A stretch of 64,000 nucleotides of DNA. It comes from Octopus vulgaris (lineage: Eukaryota). Made by a program: the position numbers and the translations under genes. Shown here piece after piece: positions 51,054 to 64,000 of this stretch. Each line of letters starts with the position of its first letter. Within the stretch, counting starts at the first letter, position 1. The DNA lies in the NCBI GenBank assembly GCA_951406725.2, contig OX597815.1:21576001-21640000 (forward strand), read 5' to 3'. The notes under the pieces were generated by a model that was not told the origin of the DNA, made no database searches, and worked only from the letters and a program-made list of their open reading frames with translations.

Positions 51054-52915
51054 ATGTATTTCTTTCGAATAAAAGAAAGAGAACAGATTCTACCCAACAT
51101 AGGCTAAACATCAACAATCGCATCAAAAAATAGATAGGTAGTAAACTGTAGACGAATAAGACACTATTTTGTGTTGAAGCAATGTATTAGAAGGAAAGAG
51201 ATTTGGAAATTCGAAATATTATGTACGATGTGCGATGGGTTAATTGATAATATTGGATTGGCTTCTGTTTGATGGAGATGTCAAGAAAACGTTAGTAATA
51301 CTTCGCTCTGAAGACTTTAATTTACCGAATTCTATTTATGCAGTACCTGATTCTACATTATTTCAACATTAATCATTCATTACTTGAAGGTTAATAAAAA
51401 CCGATTCCAGTTATGAATATCAGATAGATATGTATAAAAGATGGCGTTAAACAGCGAAACAAATTTTTTTTTTAGAAAGGAAGAAAGAAGGAAATGTATC
51501 CAACCATTTTAGAAATAGATGAGTGAAGCCATTCATATTTTAAATATTTATCGGTAGCTATAACAAAGAACAAAAGTTCACGATAAATTTATTATAAGCA
51601 ATGGGAATGTATTGGAAAACAAGCATTTCCTTCCAATTCTTTCTTATTTGAAGTTATATCGTCTTTCTCGCTATAAGCAAGTTGTTTTATTTCCTACAAC
51701 AGGTCAATTAGTTTTCTTTTTACTTTATACACAAACCCAAACATTTACTATCCCCCCCCCCACATGCTTTTGTACTTTCCCGTCTAAAGATGCAATACAG
51801 TAATTAAACAAGCTCAGTTCACTTTGTGGGTTACTTCTTGAAGCATGTCCAACAATGTGCATAACAATAATAATGGTCAATAAACGCCACTTTCACGCTT
51901 CCTGGTTTTCTTTACCATTTCAGCTGGAAGCGATGACCACTTGACACACATTTTAAATTTATAACGTTTTCATCACAGTCTCAAGTTTAGTTATACGCGT
52001 CAGTGAGTTTCTACGGCAGCAGATAACATTTTTTTGCAGCATTCTTGTGTAAGTTTTGAACATTAAATATTCGATATCAGTGTAAAGTCTCTATGAATTT
52101 GTCATTGTGTGTTAGTTGCAGGAAATTAGGCAGCGTTCATACATGACTCCTTTTTAGATGTGGTAAATAATCAAGCCCTGGTGAATACTTACTCACCATT
52201 CAGTGCGGACACTTCGGGGGTGCATTTGTGGTTGTTTGTAAATTATGACTCTCAAAATAAACAATAAGACAATTGTATTAATGGAAACTGCCAAAATTCT
52301 ATTCATTGTTAAGAAACAAACATCGACAGTAATTTTAGTACCTGAACCGGAACCAGACATCTGACACAACTGTTCGTTAGATTCATTGTTAGCGTTTCAA
52401 ATTCGGATAACGTATGTACTCGGCAGATTTATAAGACATAGGATCGAGGAGATTCCCATGTAAACGTTTAGCCCGTTTGCTTAGTGAGCAAAATATAGGT
52501 GACTTAATTTCATCAGCAGTTTGACTGGACCTTTTTTTTGGGAGATAAAATAATAGCAGTAAAAACAAATGTAAATGTAATTCCATTCGGTTCGAAATTA
52601 TATTCGAATCAATAGAATTTCCCCTCCTCTTCGTCTACGATTTGATTATGCTGCTGCTGCTGCTTCAGCTGTTGTTGTTAAGCAACAAGACGCATAAGGG
52701 TGATGGTCTAGGGCTTAGGGGCAGGAGACCCCAGACCTTCGAAAAAAAAAAAAAAAAAAAAACTTTGGTCGTCTTGTTGTAGTTGAGGGCTCTTCGTTGA
52801 CGCCCGACACCACTGGGCGGTGGCCCTCGAAGTCGCTGGAAATAGAGATCTCCAGGTTCAAATTCTTGGACGGCTGCTGCTGCTACTACTACTACTACTA
52901 ATAATAATAATAATA

Positions 52916-53250
52916 ATGAGCTTATTGTATGCAGTGCTCAGGTTGATTACAGTTCGCCGGAAAAGAGTAAAAGAAGGAACAGAAAACAGCAATACCTTAA
53001 ATAAAGACAGTAATGGTGGCCAAAAATGCATGCACAGTACACAGATTAAATCTAAAAAAAAAAAAAAAGACATAAAAATGAACAGTAAAAGAGCCATAAA
53101 GAGACAGGGAGACATAAGTTGGTCAGAGGTAGTGTTGTCGAGTTTCAGGAACATAGAATTTTGAAAGATGTAGTGTTCAGACAGCTAACACCCGACGCGA
53201 AAAAAATTTCAACATACAGATGTTTACATTCTACTTCAGACACACTGATT
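52916..53250 (-). mobile_element. CR1-type 3' fragment (reverse of the 36790-37230 family)
   Basis: (TAA)n, TATGCAGTGCTCAGGT and GAGTTTCAGGAACATAG match the reverse complement of that family. Confidence 0.55.
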
Positions 53251-53259
53251 CCACCAGTC

Positions 53260-55668
53260 TATCGCTCAGACAAATATTGTTATATTCTGAAGTCGTCGAT
53301 AGGAGGTTTCTATTTGGTACTGTACGACTCCCAGTTGCACAATGTTATCCTCAAACGGTTGGATCGTGATAATATCCATTCAGTATAACTACTATATCAA
53401 CACAATCTACTCTGTCGATGCTGGCCGACGCCCCCTTACTTATAGTCACTGGGTCATTCTACTCGTCACGTGGGAGGAGTGTACCATTATTACTAGTTCC
53501 CTATAACATCTTCCCTTGTAAGTTTTTCTTAGGAAGTATCTCTTTATTTAGCGATAATATTTTTATTCACCTCCCCTTTGAGTTTTTTCCTTCAGCAAAA
53601 TTTCACATTTTACCTCTACACCAAAGAGAAGCCGCTTAAATTTACTATAAGCCACGTGTTAATTTTTTAAACAAATGTGAGCACGTGCGACTTAAAAATC
53701 GTTCATCCTTGTTGAAGAATCTGTACAAACACTTCGTTTGTAATTCTTCTTTTTCGCGTAAACCGTCGGTGTTGCCCAGTCAGAGTGGTTATTCTTTTCA
53801 GTTATATAAAAACTTTCCAGTTCTTTGTTAACCCAATCTATTGGCTGCAAACGGTACATTTCCTTTTGGCCTAAATACAGGCGTTTCGTGTTTTACTGCA
53901 ATTTTTTGTTTCAGTCTTTTGGCCTCATTTGAACCTTCGACTGAGGCAACTATATTTCTACACAAAACACTTACGGGTGTATCCCATAAATTAAATAGTT
54001 GTATCCACCCTGTACCGAATAAATTAAATGAATATTTCAATACATATATCTTAGCCTTTTACGTTTGACCTAGAAATCTTACGGTACATATGCATTTACC
54101 GATAAAATATAGTCTTTTTTCTCCCCCGAAATACCATCTGCTACCTTTTTAAATTTAATTAATTTCGGCTTACCGACATATTTCCACGTTTTTTCGTTCA
54201 TAATAGTCATGTCACTACCTGAGTCGAATTTTAATTTTACACTTGCTTTTTTAATTTTCACATTTACGAATTTCCTGTTCGTTGTTTTACCCTTTTTTTT
54301 CGTTGACAAACTATTTACTTTTTTCTCGCTGTTATGGCGTTTTATCATCTTCGTTCTACAGTGCAACTTTATATGTCCTATATTTCCACAACGAAAATAC
54401 TCCGCTTTTATAAATGGACGGTTTTTCCTCAGGTGTATACCACCACACGTGAAACATGGGTTTATATCCTGATACTTGTGTTTTTTAGAAAATATTTTAT
54501 CTCTATTCAGACTATTCCGCACTAGTCTTACTTGGAAACAATCTTTACGTTTTCCAGACGCTTTTTGCAGGGTTACATCCTGGCTTTGTTCCAGCTTTGC
54601 GAGAATTCTAGTTCTAACTTCTGCGTCCTTTTCGGCAGGAAATCCCTCAGTAAAATTTAGTCATTTGAAAATATCTGGAGTTGATTCGTCCAGCTTAAAC
54701 TTCTCGCATTCCATGTTTATTCTACCAGCATATTTGACGTAGTCCTCGTAACTATTTTCCCTCTAAGTTCAGATACTTCCATCCTGTGTTGAACAAGGAG
54801 CTTTTTTCACTGAAAATCTTATACAATGTATCTATTGTGTCATTAAACTTTACGTCAGACGGTTTTCTTGGAAGTACATAATTATTGTATCGTTCATGTT
54901 CTGTTGGCGCCAGTTTTTTCAAGATTAAGTGAGTTTTGATCTCGTCGTCCCAGTCTTTACATTCTTTCTCGAAGATTTGCTCATATCTTCTGTAGTATAC
55001 TTCGGTGACAGCTTCGTCAGGTTCGCATTTGAATTCAGTCATTGAATTTACGACAGTCTGGTGAGAACACTTTTACTGGCTTTCCTTACGACTTCAGTAA
55101 TTGCAGCATTTATTGCTGTAATATTAATTGTTGTTGCTTCTGCTGTTGTATCTGCAGTTGTTCTTCTTCTTTCAGCTGTTGTTGCTGTTTTTGTAACTCA
55201 AGCAGACCGGCCAATAAATCTTCAATAACAACTTTTCGTAAAATTTACATAACAAAAACTTTGTGAGTTTGTTAACTCCTCTACGAGTTTCTATTAGCTC
55301 TATGTGAATTGGTTTATCTTCATCGTAACTGTTATATCTGTCTTTTTACGACGGCTGTCACTCTGATAGATATTGTTATATTCCGAAGTCGTCGATAAGA
55401 TATTTCTATCTGGCACTGTACGACACTCCCCCTCACCCGCAGTCGTACAGAGTTGTTATCTTCAAAAGGTTGGATCGTTATAACGTTCACTCACTATCAC
55501 AGTATAATTACTATATCAGCACAAACACGACTATCAACATAGTCTACACGTACTCTTGTACTCCTCCTACTCTGTCGATACTTGCCGACGTCAGCTTACT
55601 TATAGTGACTGTGACATTCCACTCGTCACGTGGGAGGGGTGTACCATTATTACTAATTCCTTACAACG
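53260..55668 (-). mobile_element. Ty3/Gypsy LTR retrotransposon lacking pol (LTR-gag-protease-LTR)
   Basis: LTRs at ~53260-53508 and 55330-55668; PPT AAGGGAAGA before the 3' LTR; degenerate PBS GTTACGATGAAGAT. Gag reads YYRRYEQIFEKECKDW...FSEKSSLFNT with two zinc-knuckle-like motifs (CFTCGGIH, FRCGNIGHIKLHC); protease FDSGSDMT. No RT, RNase H or integrase. Confidence 0.9.
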
Positions 55669-56642
55669 ATATGATTAATCTTATTTACCATGATAATTAT
55701 TTTATAAGTTTACTTATTAATCTATGAATATTTTCAACCTATTATGAATTGAGGTTCAATTACAGTGGCCCGACAATGTCCATAGTAATTTGTGGTAATT
55801 AAAAAAAACACATTTTGCACATAAATATACTAAGAGTTTTAAGAGCTACGAACCTTAGTTACAATGTCCTGATCTCAAAGAAAAAACATTGCCATAATAA
55901 GATGATGATGTAAAAACGACAAATGTTTGACACGACTCTCTATACCGATAATCAAAGAAGGTATAGATATAGAGCACCAGAGACGAAGTACTAACCAGAT
56001 TATGGATGATAATGATAAAGATGATGATGATGATGATGATGATGGTGATGGTGATGATGATGATGATGATTCTTTCTACAATAGGCACAAGACCAGAAAA
56101 TTTTGTGGGAGGGCGCTAGTAGACTTCATCAATTCCAATGCTCAACTGGTACTTATTCCATTGAATCCGAAAGCGGGAAAGACAAAGTCGACCTCGGCGG
56201 CATTTGAACTCAGAGCGTAGAGACGGATGAAATGTTTCTAAGAAATTTGTCCGGCGTACTAAACGTGTCTGCCGGCTCGAAGTAACAACAATAACAACAA
56301 AACAGCTACAGCAACAACAGTCACAACGATATAACAATAAATACAATAAACATTTCTAATATTGGCATAATAACAATGCAGACACTCGGTCTCTTCCGGT
56401 TAAAACGTCACCCGGAAGGAAGTTGGGACGCTATCAAATTACAAGGCCTTGAAATGGAAATAAGCACGATGTGAGTTATAAGAACAAAAATAGTACAATA
56501 ATAATCGATGCACTGTATTAGATAATAAAGAAGAACATGAGCAAAAAGCATTAAAAATACACTACAGATCTTAAAGCATTAGATCAGTGGTTCCCAACCT
56601 GTGGTCAGCGGACCCCTGGTGGTCCGTGAACTAAATAAATTC

Positions 56643-56712
<70 letters not shown>

Positions 56713-56870
56713 GACGACGACGACAATAATGACGATAAGTCTTTCTATAATAGGCACAGGGCCTGAAATTTTGGGGCAGGGGTAAGTCAATTGCATCGCC
56801 CCCCAGTACTCAACTGGCAACTGATACTAATTTACTACTACTACTACTACTACTACTGCTGCTGCTACTG

Positions 56871-56932
<62 letters not shown>

Positions 56933-56942
56933 GCTGCTGCTG

Positions 56943-56973
<31 letters not shown>

Positions 56974-57386
56974 GTAGATATACAGACACAGACGCACATA
57001 CACAACACTCACGCACACACACATATACACCCGTATATATATGTAAAAGTGTTTAAGATAGAAAACGAGATCATTATCCAGTCATAAACTATCCTGAGAA
57101 ACAGATATACCTACACAAACAATAACATTTCTAAATACAGAGAGAAAAAGAAACTTTCTCAAAGTACAAAAATTATATTGGCGTCAATAAAAGATTAATG
57201 CAACTATGAAGAACAGCGAAATGTCTTTATCTGCTGATAGCCGTAGAGCAAGAAGGGCATCTTCGTAAATAGTGTTAGCAATACGTCTACCCAGAACGAA
57301 ACTGCAAAATAATTAAAAATCAAAAGTAAATAAACACTTTCAAAAGAAAAGCCTCAGTCAATACAATAACAATAGACACCAGTCAA

Positions 57387-57612
57387 AGGCGGCGAGCTGG
57401 CAGAATCGTTAGCGCGCCGGGCGAAATGCTTAGCAATATTTCGTCTATCTTTACGTTCTGAGTTCAAATTCTGCCGAGGTCGACTTTGCCTTTCATCCAT
57501 CCTTTCGAGGTCGATAAATTAGGTACCAGTTGCGTACTGGGGTCGATCTGAATCGACTAGCCCCCCCCCCCCTTTCCCCAAAATTTCAGGCCTTGTGCCT
57601 AGAGTAGAAAAC
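57387..57612 (+). mobile_element. SINE family C monomer (short-tail variant)
   Basis: 17-bp TSD AATAGACACCAGTCAAA at 57371-57387 and 57619-57635. Confidence 0.88.
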
Positions 57613-58951
57613 AAAAATAATAGACACCAGTCAAATAAAATCTTTGGCAAAATGCTGTTTTGCTTTCACCAGCAGTGTTATGTGTTCAAACCAAGCTTCG
57701 TAGCATTTCTTACAAACAAGTGCACAGATAAATCCTTATAATATTACAACCAAAACAATACTCTTAAGTCTTAAAACTAACAAATCTTACGCTATTCCAT
57801 GAAGTAGACGAATTCTCAAGATGAAAACTGTGAAATGTTGTTCAATCACAAATCCACCCTTCACTCATAGAGACTGAAAAAAAAAAAATGAAAGGAAGAA
57901 TTATTTGTACTTCACTGACACATTCATATAAGGAGGAACTAAAAAAAATGATTTTGCAGCTGGCAAGCAGATATTATTAGACCTATATGGTGAGATGGTG
58001 GTGTTTGTTAGTCTTTCTATGTTTGCAGCGAATCTTGCATTGAGCGAGGTCTAGTAGAGCATGAAAACAATTGATTGTAGAGAAACGTCTTACTACTTTC
58101 AATGTCATCGTAGACCTGTACTTAAGTGTATGCATCCTTATACTTAACGAGTAAAATAAACTGTTGAATAATTCATGCAGGATACATATATTTTATTCTG
58201 GTTTCTGTGTTGAATGCTTCTGTAGTTCCAGCAACAAGCTACGAAGTAATCTATAATATGCTTCTGATTGGCGATTTTTAAAGAGAACTTACTGAAACGT
58301 AATAGAGATTTAATTTATAAATAAACATTACTGCTTTTGTTTTTTAACCTTACGTGTTTTACACAGCAACGAGGAATGTGATAACATTCAAACTAAGTAT
58401 AAAGTCAGTAAGCTGCTTTATGTGATCAGAGAAGAAGTATTGTATTGTGTTCATTGTATTCTAGGCGATCGTAGATCTGCAAATATTTGTAAGTTTGACC
58501 TGTTTTCTCGCAGGTCAGCTGGAAAGACACTTAGAAACGCAAACTACGAGTTTACGCCAATTCGGAAGCGAAGAAGCATTATTGAATCTTAACCTGAGAG
58601 GCGATCGATTCTAGATTCTTTATTATCCCGCTCTTTAAAACAAAACTATATCAAAGAGGTACTTCCACATCTACCTTTCTATGCCTCTATAGACGCTTTT
58701 CCGTTAGCATGCTTCAGAGGTGGAAGGTTTCAGGGAGGGAGCTAATGTACAACACGAATATTTGATCACTATAGACAAATAATTTGTGAAGGTTGTTCGG
58801 TAAGAAATAACAGAATCGTTTTTCTCGGACCACGAGAGACTACTATCGCCATACATACATACATACATACATACATACATACACACATACAAAAATGCAT
58901 GCATGCATACATACATACCCACACATATATATACATACATGCATGCATACA

Positions 58952-59032
<81 letters not shown>

Positions 59033-60121
59033 GCGCGCGCGTGCGTGTGTGTGTGTTTCTGTAAAAAGTTTTTCTTATAGACATTTTATTTTGAACACAC
59101 GACTAATTCGAGTTTCATGTTTTTCTTTTTAATTAGGTTTTATATCCTTATATTGGATATATATATATATATATACTTAATGAAGCAGGGTGAAGAAAGT
59201 ATATACACGACGCACTGCTATTGCTATTACACGAGACCCAACGCTCTATATCAAAGGCTCACAGTGAACTGCTACCAACACGAACTGCTAATCGCCTACA
59301 GTTCTTTACTTTATAATAATGAATCAATCCACCTTTTAGTCACTTGAAGGGTGGTCGTAATCCTTCCACAACCTTGCCGTTACTTTTGTATTTCTTTTGA
59401 ATCCTTTATACTTAGTATGAAACAATAGCGTTCTTAAATCCTTCTCAGTCTCATCATCAAAATGAAATGATGTTTTTAATAGCATGCTGCTCACTCGCAT
59501 TGCAATAGGTTGCAGAGCGCACGAACAGAAACGGATAATGGCGATACTGTTAAGATATAAAATCGTCCACACAGATTTAAAATTTTTACAACAGTAAAGT
59601 CCTGATAGATTTCATGACTTATTTTCATGTGATGTATAACTATGTTGATTTTATGCTTATATTTTGGAAGTTTCCTCGGTTATTCTCATGTTTTTTCATA
59701 GAATCCTATATAAAATTATTGTTATCTGCTAATATTATAGTCAATTATCTTATTTTGCAATGCCTCTCTTGCGTAAACGCCTAATCAACCGACGATAAAG
59801 TGTCGTACTTACTTGCCTGATGTAACAGTATGAGACAAAATTTACATTTAAACGTGTATATTACGATTGGCTGCCTGATGTACGAACTGATTCGAGTTGA
59901 TGTTTCCTTTGCCTTTTTTTTCATTCTTGTGTTACTGTAATATACTCAATGGGCAGTATAATAAATAAAATAAATAAAATTGCTTAATAAATTAAAATAG
60001 TATAACAAATTAAAATTTCCATTTATAGTTATTTTCTTATAGCATTGGTGATATCAAAGAGAAATAGCAATGAGACGTCATCATGTTATTTTAACAATAG
60101 GGCTGTTGTGTTCAGTTAAGG

Positions 60122-60339
60122 CAGTGCTTTTCAAACTTTTTGCTGGAGCGGAACCCCAAGGAAACATTCCACTGGCTCGAGGAACCCCTGTGCAATAATT
60201 TAATAGTCTTAGTACTCATATCTGCACAGGAGAATTAAAAATTACTGCCGATTTTAGCAGTTTTGTAACTTCTTGCGGAACCCCTGGACTGTACTGGCGG
60301 AACCCTAAGGTTCCGCGGAACCCTGGTTGAAAACCACTG
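60122..60339. mobile_element. hAT (Charlie-like) MITE
   Basis: TIRs CAGTGCTTTTCAA / TTGAAAACCACTG; perfect 8-bp TSD AGTTAAGG; GGAACCC subterminal repeats. Confidence 0.93.
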
Positions 60340-60829
60340 AGTTAAGGTGACCTAAGTTAATTGATATTCAGTTAAGGCATGGAACGAGGATTTCTGGTCC
60401 CGCACAAATTTCTCTGCCCGAAGGGCGAATATTAAGGTTAGTTTTATAACTCTATTTATAGTTGACATGTCCGCCGCAGACTAACTAGCTGTTCGCTGAA
60501 GATTCCCATACCATTTGCAGTTTAGGCTTTATCAAAAATACACACTTCTGTTGTTGTCTTCGTTGTCATCCTTGTTGTTGTCATTGTCGTAGTCGTTCCT
60601 ACAAAGCTAGTTTGAGCGGCGAGATGGACGCGTCCTACACGGCCACAAAGCATTAAATCATGTGGAACTGAATCAGGCTTATATATATATATATATATAT
60701 ATACAGGACTAGAACTGTTTCATTCAAGAGAAATCTTCAGGAAGCTCCTTCTATATAATAAATTAATTTTACTCTGCTATGTATTGAGTACCTTATTTAC
60801 TGTGGTTAACCCCGAATCAACCCGGGACC

Positions 60830-60878
<49 letters not shown>

Positions 60879-61073
60879 GCAGCTATATAAGGCGGGCAAA
60901 ATGCTTAGCAGCATTTCATCGGTCTTTATGTTCTGAGTTCAATTTCTGCCGAGGTCGACTTTACTGTTCATCTTTTTGGGATCGACAAAATAAGTATCAG
61001 TAGAGTACTGGGGTTGATGTAATCAACTTATCCCTTCCTCCGAAATTTCTGGTTGTGTACCAATATTTGAAGC

Positions 61074-61133
<60 letters not shown>

Positions 61134-61149
61134 ATATATTATTAATATT

Positions 61150-61625
61150 ATCATCATTATTTGTTGTTGTATTTCGGAATGGTCATTTTGCCAGTTTAGC
61201 CAATAAAAACACACGCACTATATATTTGGTGCTACTTTGCTTCAGCGTTATTTATTTTTTACATTAATCTTAATCTTATTTCGGCCAGAGTTCTTTCATC
61301 ACACTTTTGTGACCGCATCAGTGGTCCTTTGCTTTCTTCTTTCTTGTTTGTGTGTCTCTTCTTACAAACCGTCAGCCATTTTGTATTTCTATTGTATGTG
61401 TCTTCATTTGCGCATGCGTATATCTCTATGTGCGTCTATGTTTAGTTAGTGTGTGTGGGGGAATGCCTGTAATATTTGTATCTTCTGTTTATATACGTCC
61501 GTGTAAGATTAAGATTTAATTTATACATATATATATATATATTAAGATTAAGATGGCCGAAATAAGATTAAGATTAATGTAAAAAATAAATAACACTGAA
61601 GCAAAGTCACAACAAATATATAAAC
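61150..61625. mobile_element. Penelope-type terminal-repeat remnant with a partial inverted duplication
   Basis: 61220-61287 is inverted at 61554-61622. Degenerate hammerhead core on minus (CTGATGC-ggtca...tggcc-GAAA); flanked by (TA)n/(TAT)n. Confidence 0.55.
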
Positions 61626-61693
<68 letters not shown>

Positions 61694-61732
61694 TCTAAGT
61701 CTCTCTAAAGGAGACTACGGCAGCGGTACTGG

Positions 61733-62175
61733 ATATTAACAGTTATCGCCAAGCTAATATGGCAGTCCATATATATAGGAAGAAAGCTGCCGTTGATTAG
61801 CTCCAAGAGGCCATCGCCTCTAGCTAGCTATATGACACACGAACCTGTGTCCATTATAACCTTCGAGCAGACGGTCAGCAGCGATGCCTGCTGGGTTCGG
61901 CTACTCTGCATTGATAAAGGGCAAATACTCTGAAACATGTCTGTAGATGCCTGACCAGCAAGGGGAAGCGGCTGAGCTTCCCTGTTCGAAGGTTATAATG
62001 GACACATTATATCGTGTGTCATATAGCTAGCTAGAGGCGATGGCCTCTTGGAGCTAATGAACAGCAGCTGTCTTCCTATATTTATGGACTGCCATATTAG
62101 CTTGGCGATAACTGTTGATATATATATTAGCTTGGCGATAACTGTTGATATATATATTAGCTTGGCGATAACTGT

Positions 62176-62181
<6 letters not shown>
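61733..62181. mobile_element. Foldback element (~138-bp near-perfect arms) with terminal 30-bp tandem repeats
   Basis: 61733-61870 is the reverse complement of ~61982-62121, with about 6 mismatches and one small indel region. The last 30 bp occur three times, then (TA)n. Confidence 0.92.
61905..61947 (+). ncRNA. Minimal type-I hammerhead ribozyme at the foldback apex (U3-A8 variant)
   Basis: Stem I TCTGCA/TGTAGA; core TTGATAA; stem II AGGG(CAAATA)CTCT; GAAA; palindromic CATG loop; GTC cleavage triplet at 61939-61941. Confidence 0.65.
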
Positions 62182-62212
<31 letters not shown>

Positions 62213-62461
62213 TATGTATAAATTAAAAACAATTTTACATTAAAGTCAAAGATTATTCAAGAATTACATTTAGCAGCGTGCAAAATTAATATTCTTCAAC
62301 AAGAATAGTATTGACAGTGGTTTCGAAATCTAAGTCAGCTAAGCAATCTTTGACTGTGTTGTATTAAGAATCATCTTGGTTTTATATAGCCTCTGTTAAG
62401 TTAGAATTTTGTAGGTTAAACTGATTCTGTTGAGTGATATCCAGGTTGCAAGGTCTTTTAT

Positions 62462-62534
<73 letters not shown>

Positions 62535-62959
62535 TTTATTTAAAGCAGCAGAAAATTCAACAAAACACACATAATATATGCACACTAACAAATATATATA
62601 TATATGCTCATTATTTGCAAAAATTGTTCAGCCCGCAGGGTGGTCTCACCTTTCCCTTAGATAGCTGTTGTCGCTAATATTGCAAACGACTTGATTGCAA
62701 TACAAACAATGGTACCAGCGAAATAATGGCGTATCAGGACATGCAATAATGGCGTCGGCTGTAACGGAAATGGTAACAATGATGATGATGATGATGATGA
62801 TGATGGTGGCAGAAATGAGAGAATGGTCGTCATTGTGCAATAGGGACTGGACTAACGACAGTTCTGAATTAATGTCTGGCGGGTGACATGGCCGTTAAAC
62901 GCCGGTGATGAGCAACGCTTGATCGGTCGGTCGTCGTGAATATTGATGAGAAAGGAGAG

Positions 62960-63890
<931 letters not shown>

Positions 63891-64000
63891 GAGGGTTTAG
63901 TTAATTGTGCTAATGAACAGTGTAAATATCCGAATGGCTGGAAAGAGGGAAGAAATGAAGAGGAAAAGGAGAGAGAAACGTGGTTTAGTAGGAATGTGTG

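Noticed and set aside
58514-58614. Plus-strand acceptor followed by short open frames (SAGKTLRNANYEFTPIRKRRSIIES; QLERHLETQ...)
   Set aside because: No compatible upstream coding exon or recognisable domain; cannot be supported as CDS.
59336-59572. 78-aa minus-strand ORF (…FHFDDETEKDLRTLLFHTKYKGF…)
   Set aside because: No recognisable motif, non-ATG start in the track, and length within chance expectation.

Overview
AT-rich, microsatellite- and transposon-dense eukaryotic DNA. The tRNA-derived SINE families resemble those of octopod cephalopods (Octopus sp.; inferred from repeat content, not proven). Almost all ORFs in the supplied track are microsatellite or decayed-transposon artefacts. 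One real spliced host gene can be rebuilt by hand on the minus strand. Its exons (18455-18226, 17195-17109, 15747-15501 and probably 8217-8137) all have GT-AG sites and matching phases. It encodes a ~214-aa secreted protein: signal peptide, one complete 12-Cys IGFBP/IB domain, a Ser/Thr/Ala-rich mucin-like stalk and a basic-aromatic tail (SIBD/perlustrin-like). The rest is layered mobile DNA: mariner and maT/Tc1 transposons, hAT/Merlin/mariner MITEs, Helitrons, Tx1/RTE/CR1/R4-Dong LINE fragments, a pol-less Gypsy element, Penelope-like remnants and several SINE families. The most unusual non-coding signals are minimal hammerhead-ribozyme folds. One sits at the apex of a ~390-bp near-perfect foldback (61733-62121), and two unrelated ones carry the same compensatory U3-A8 core pair.
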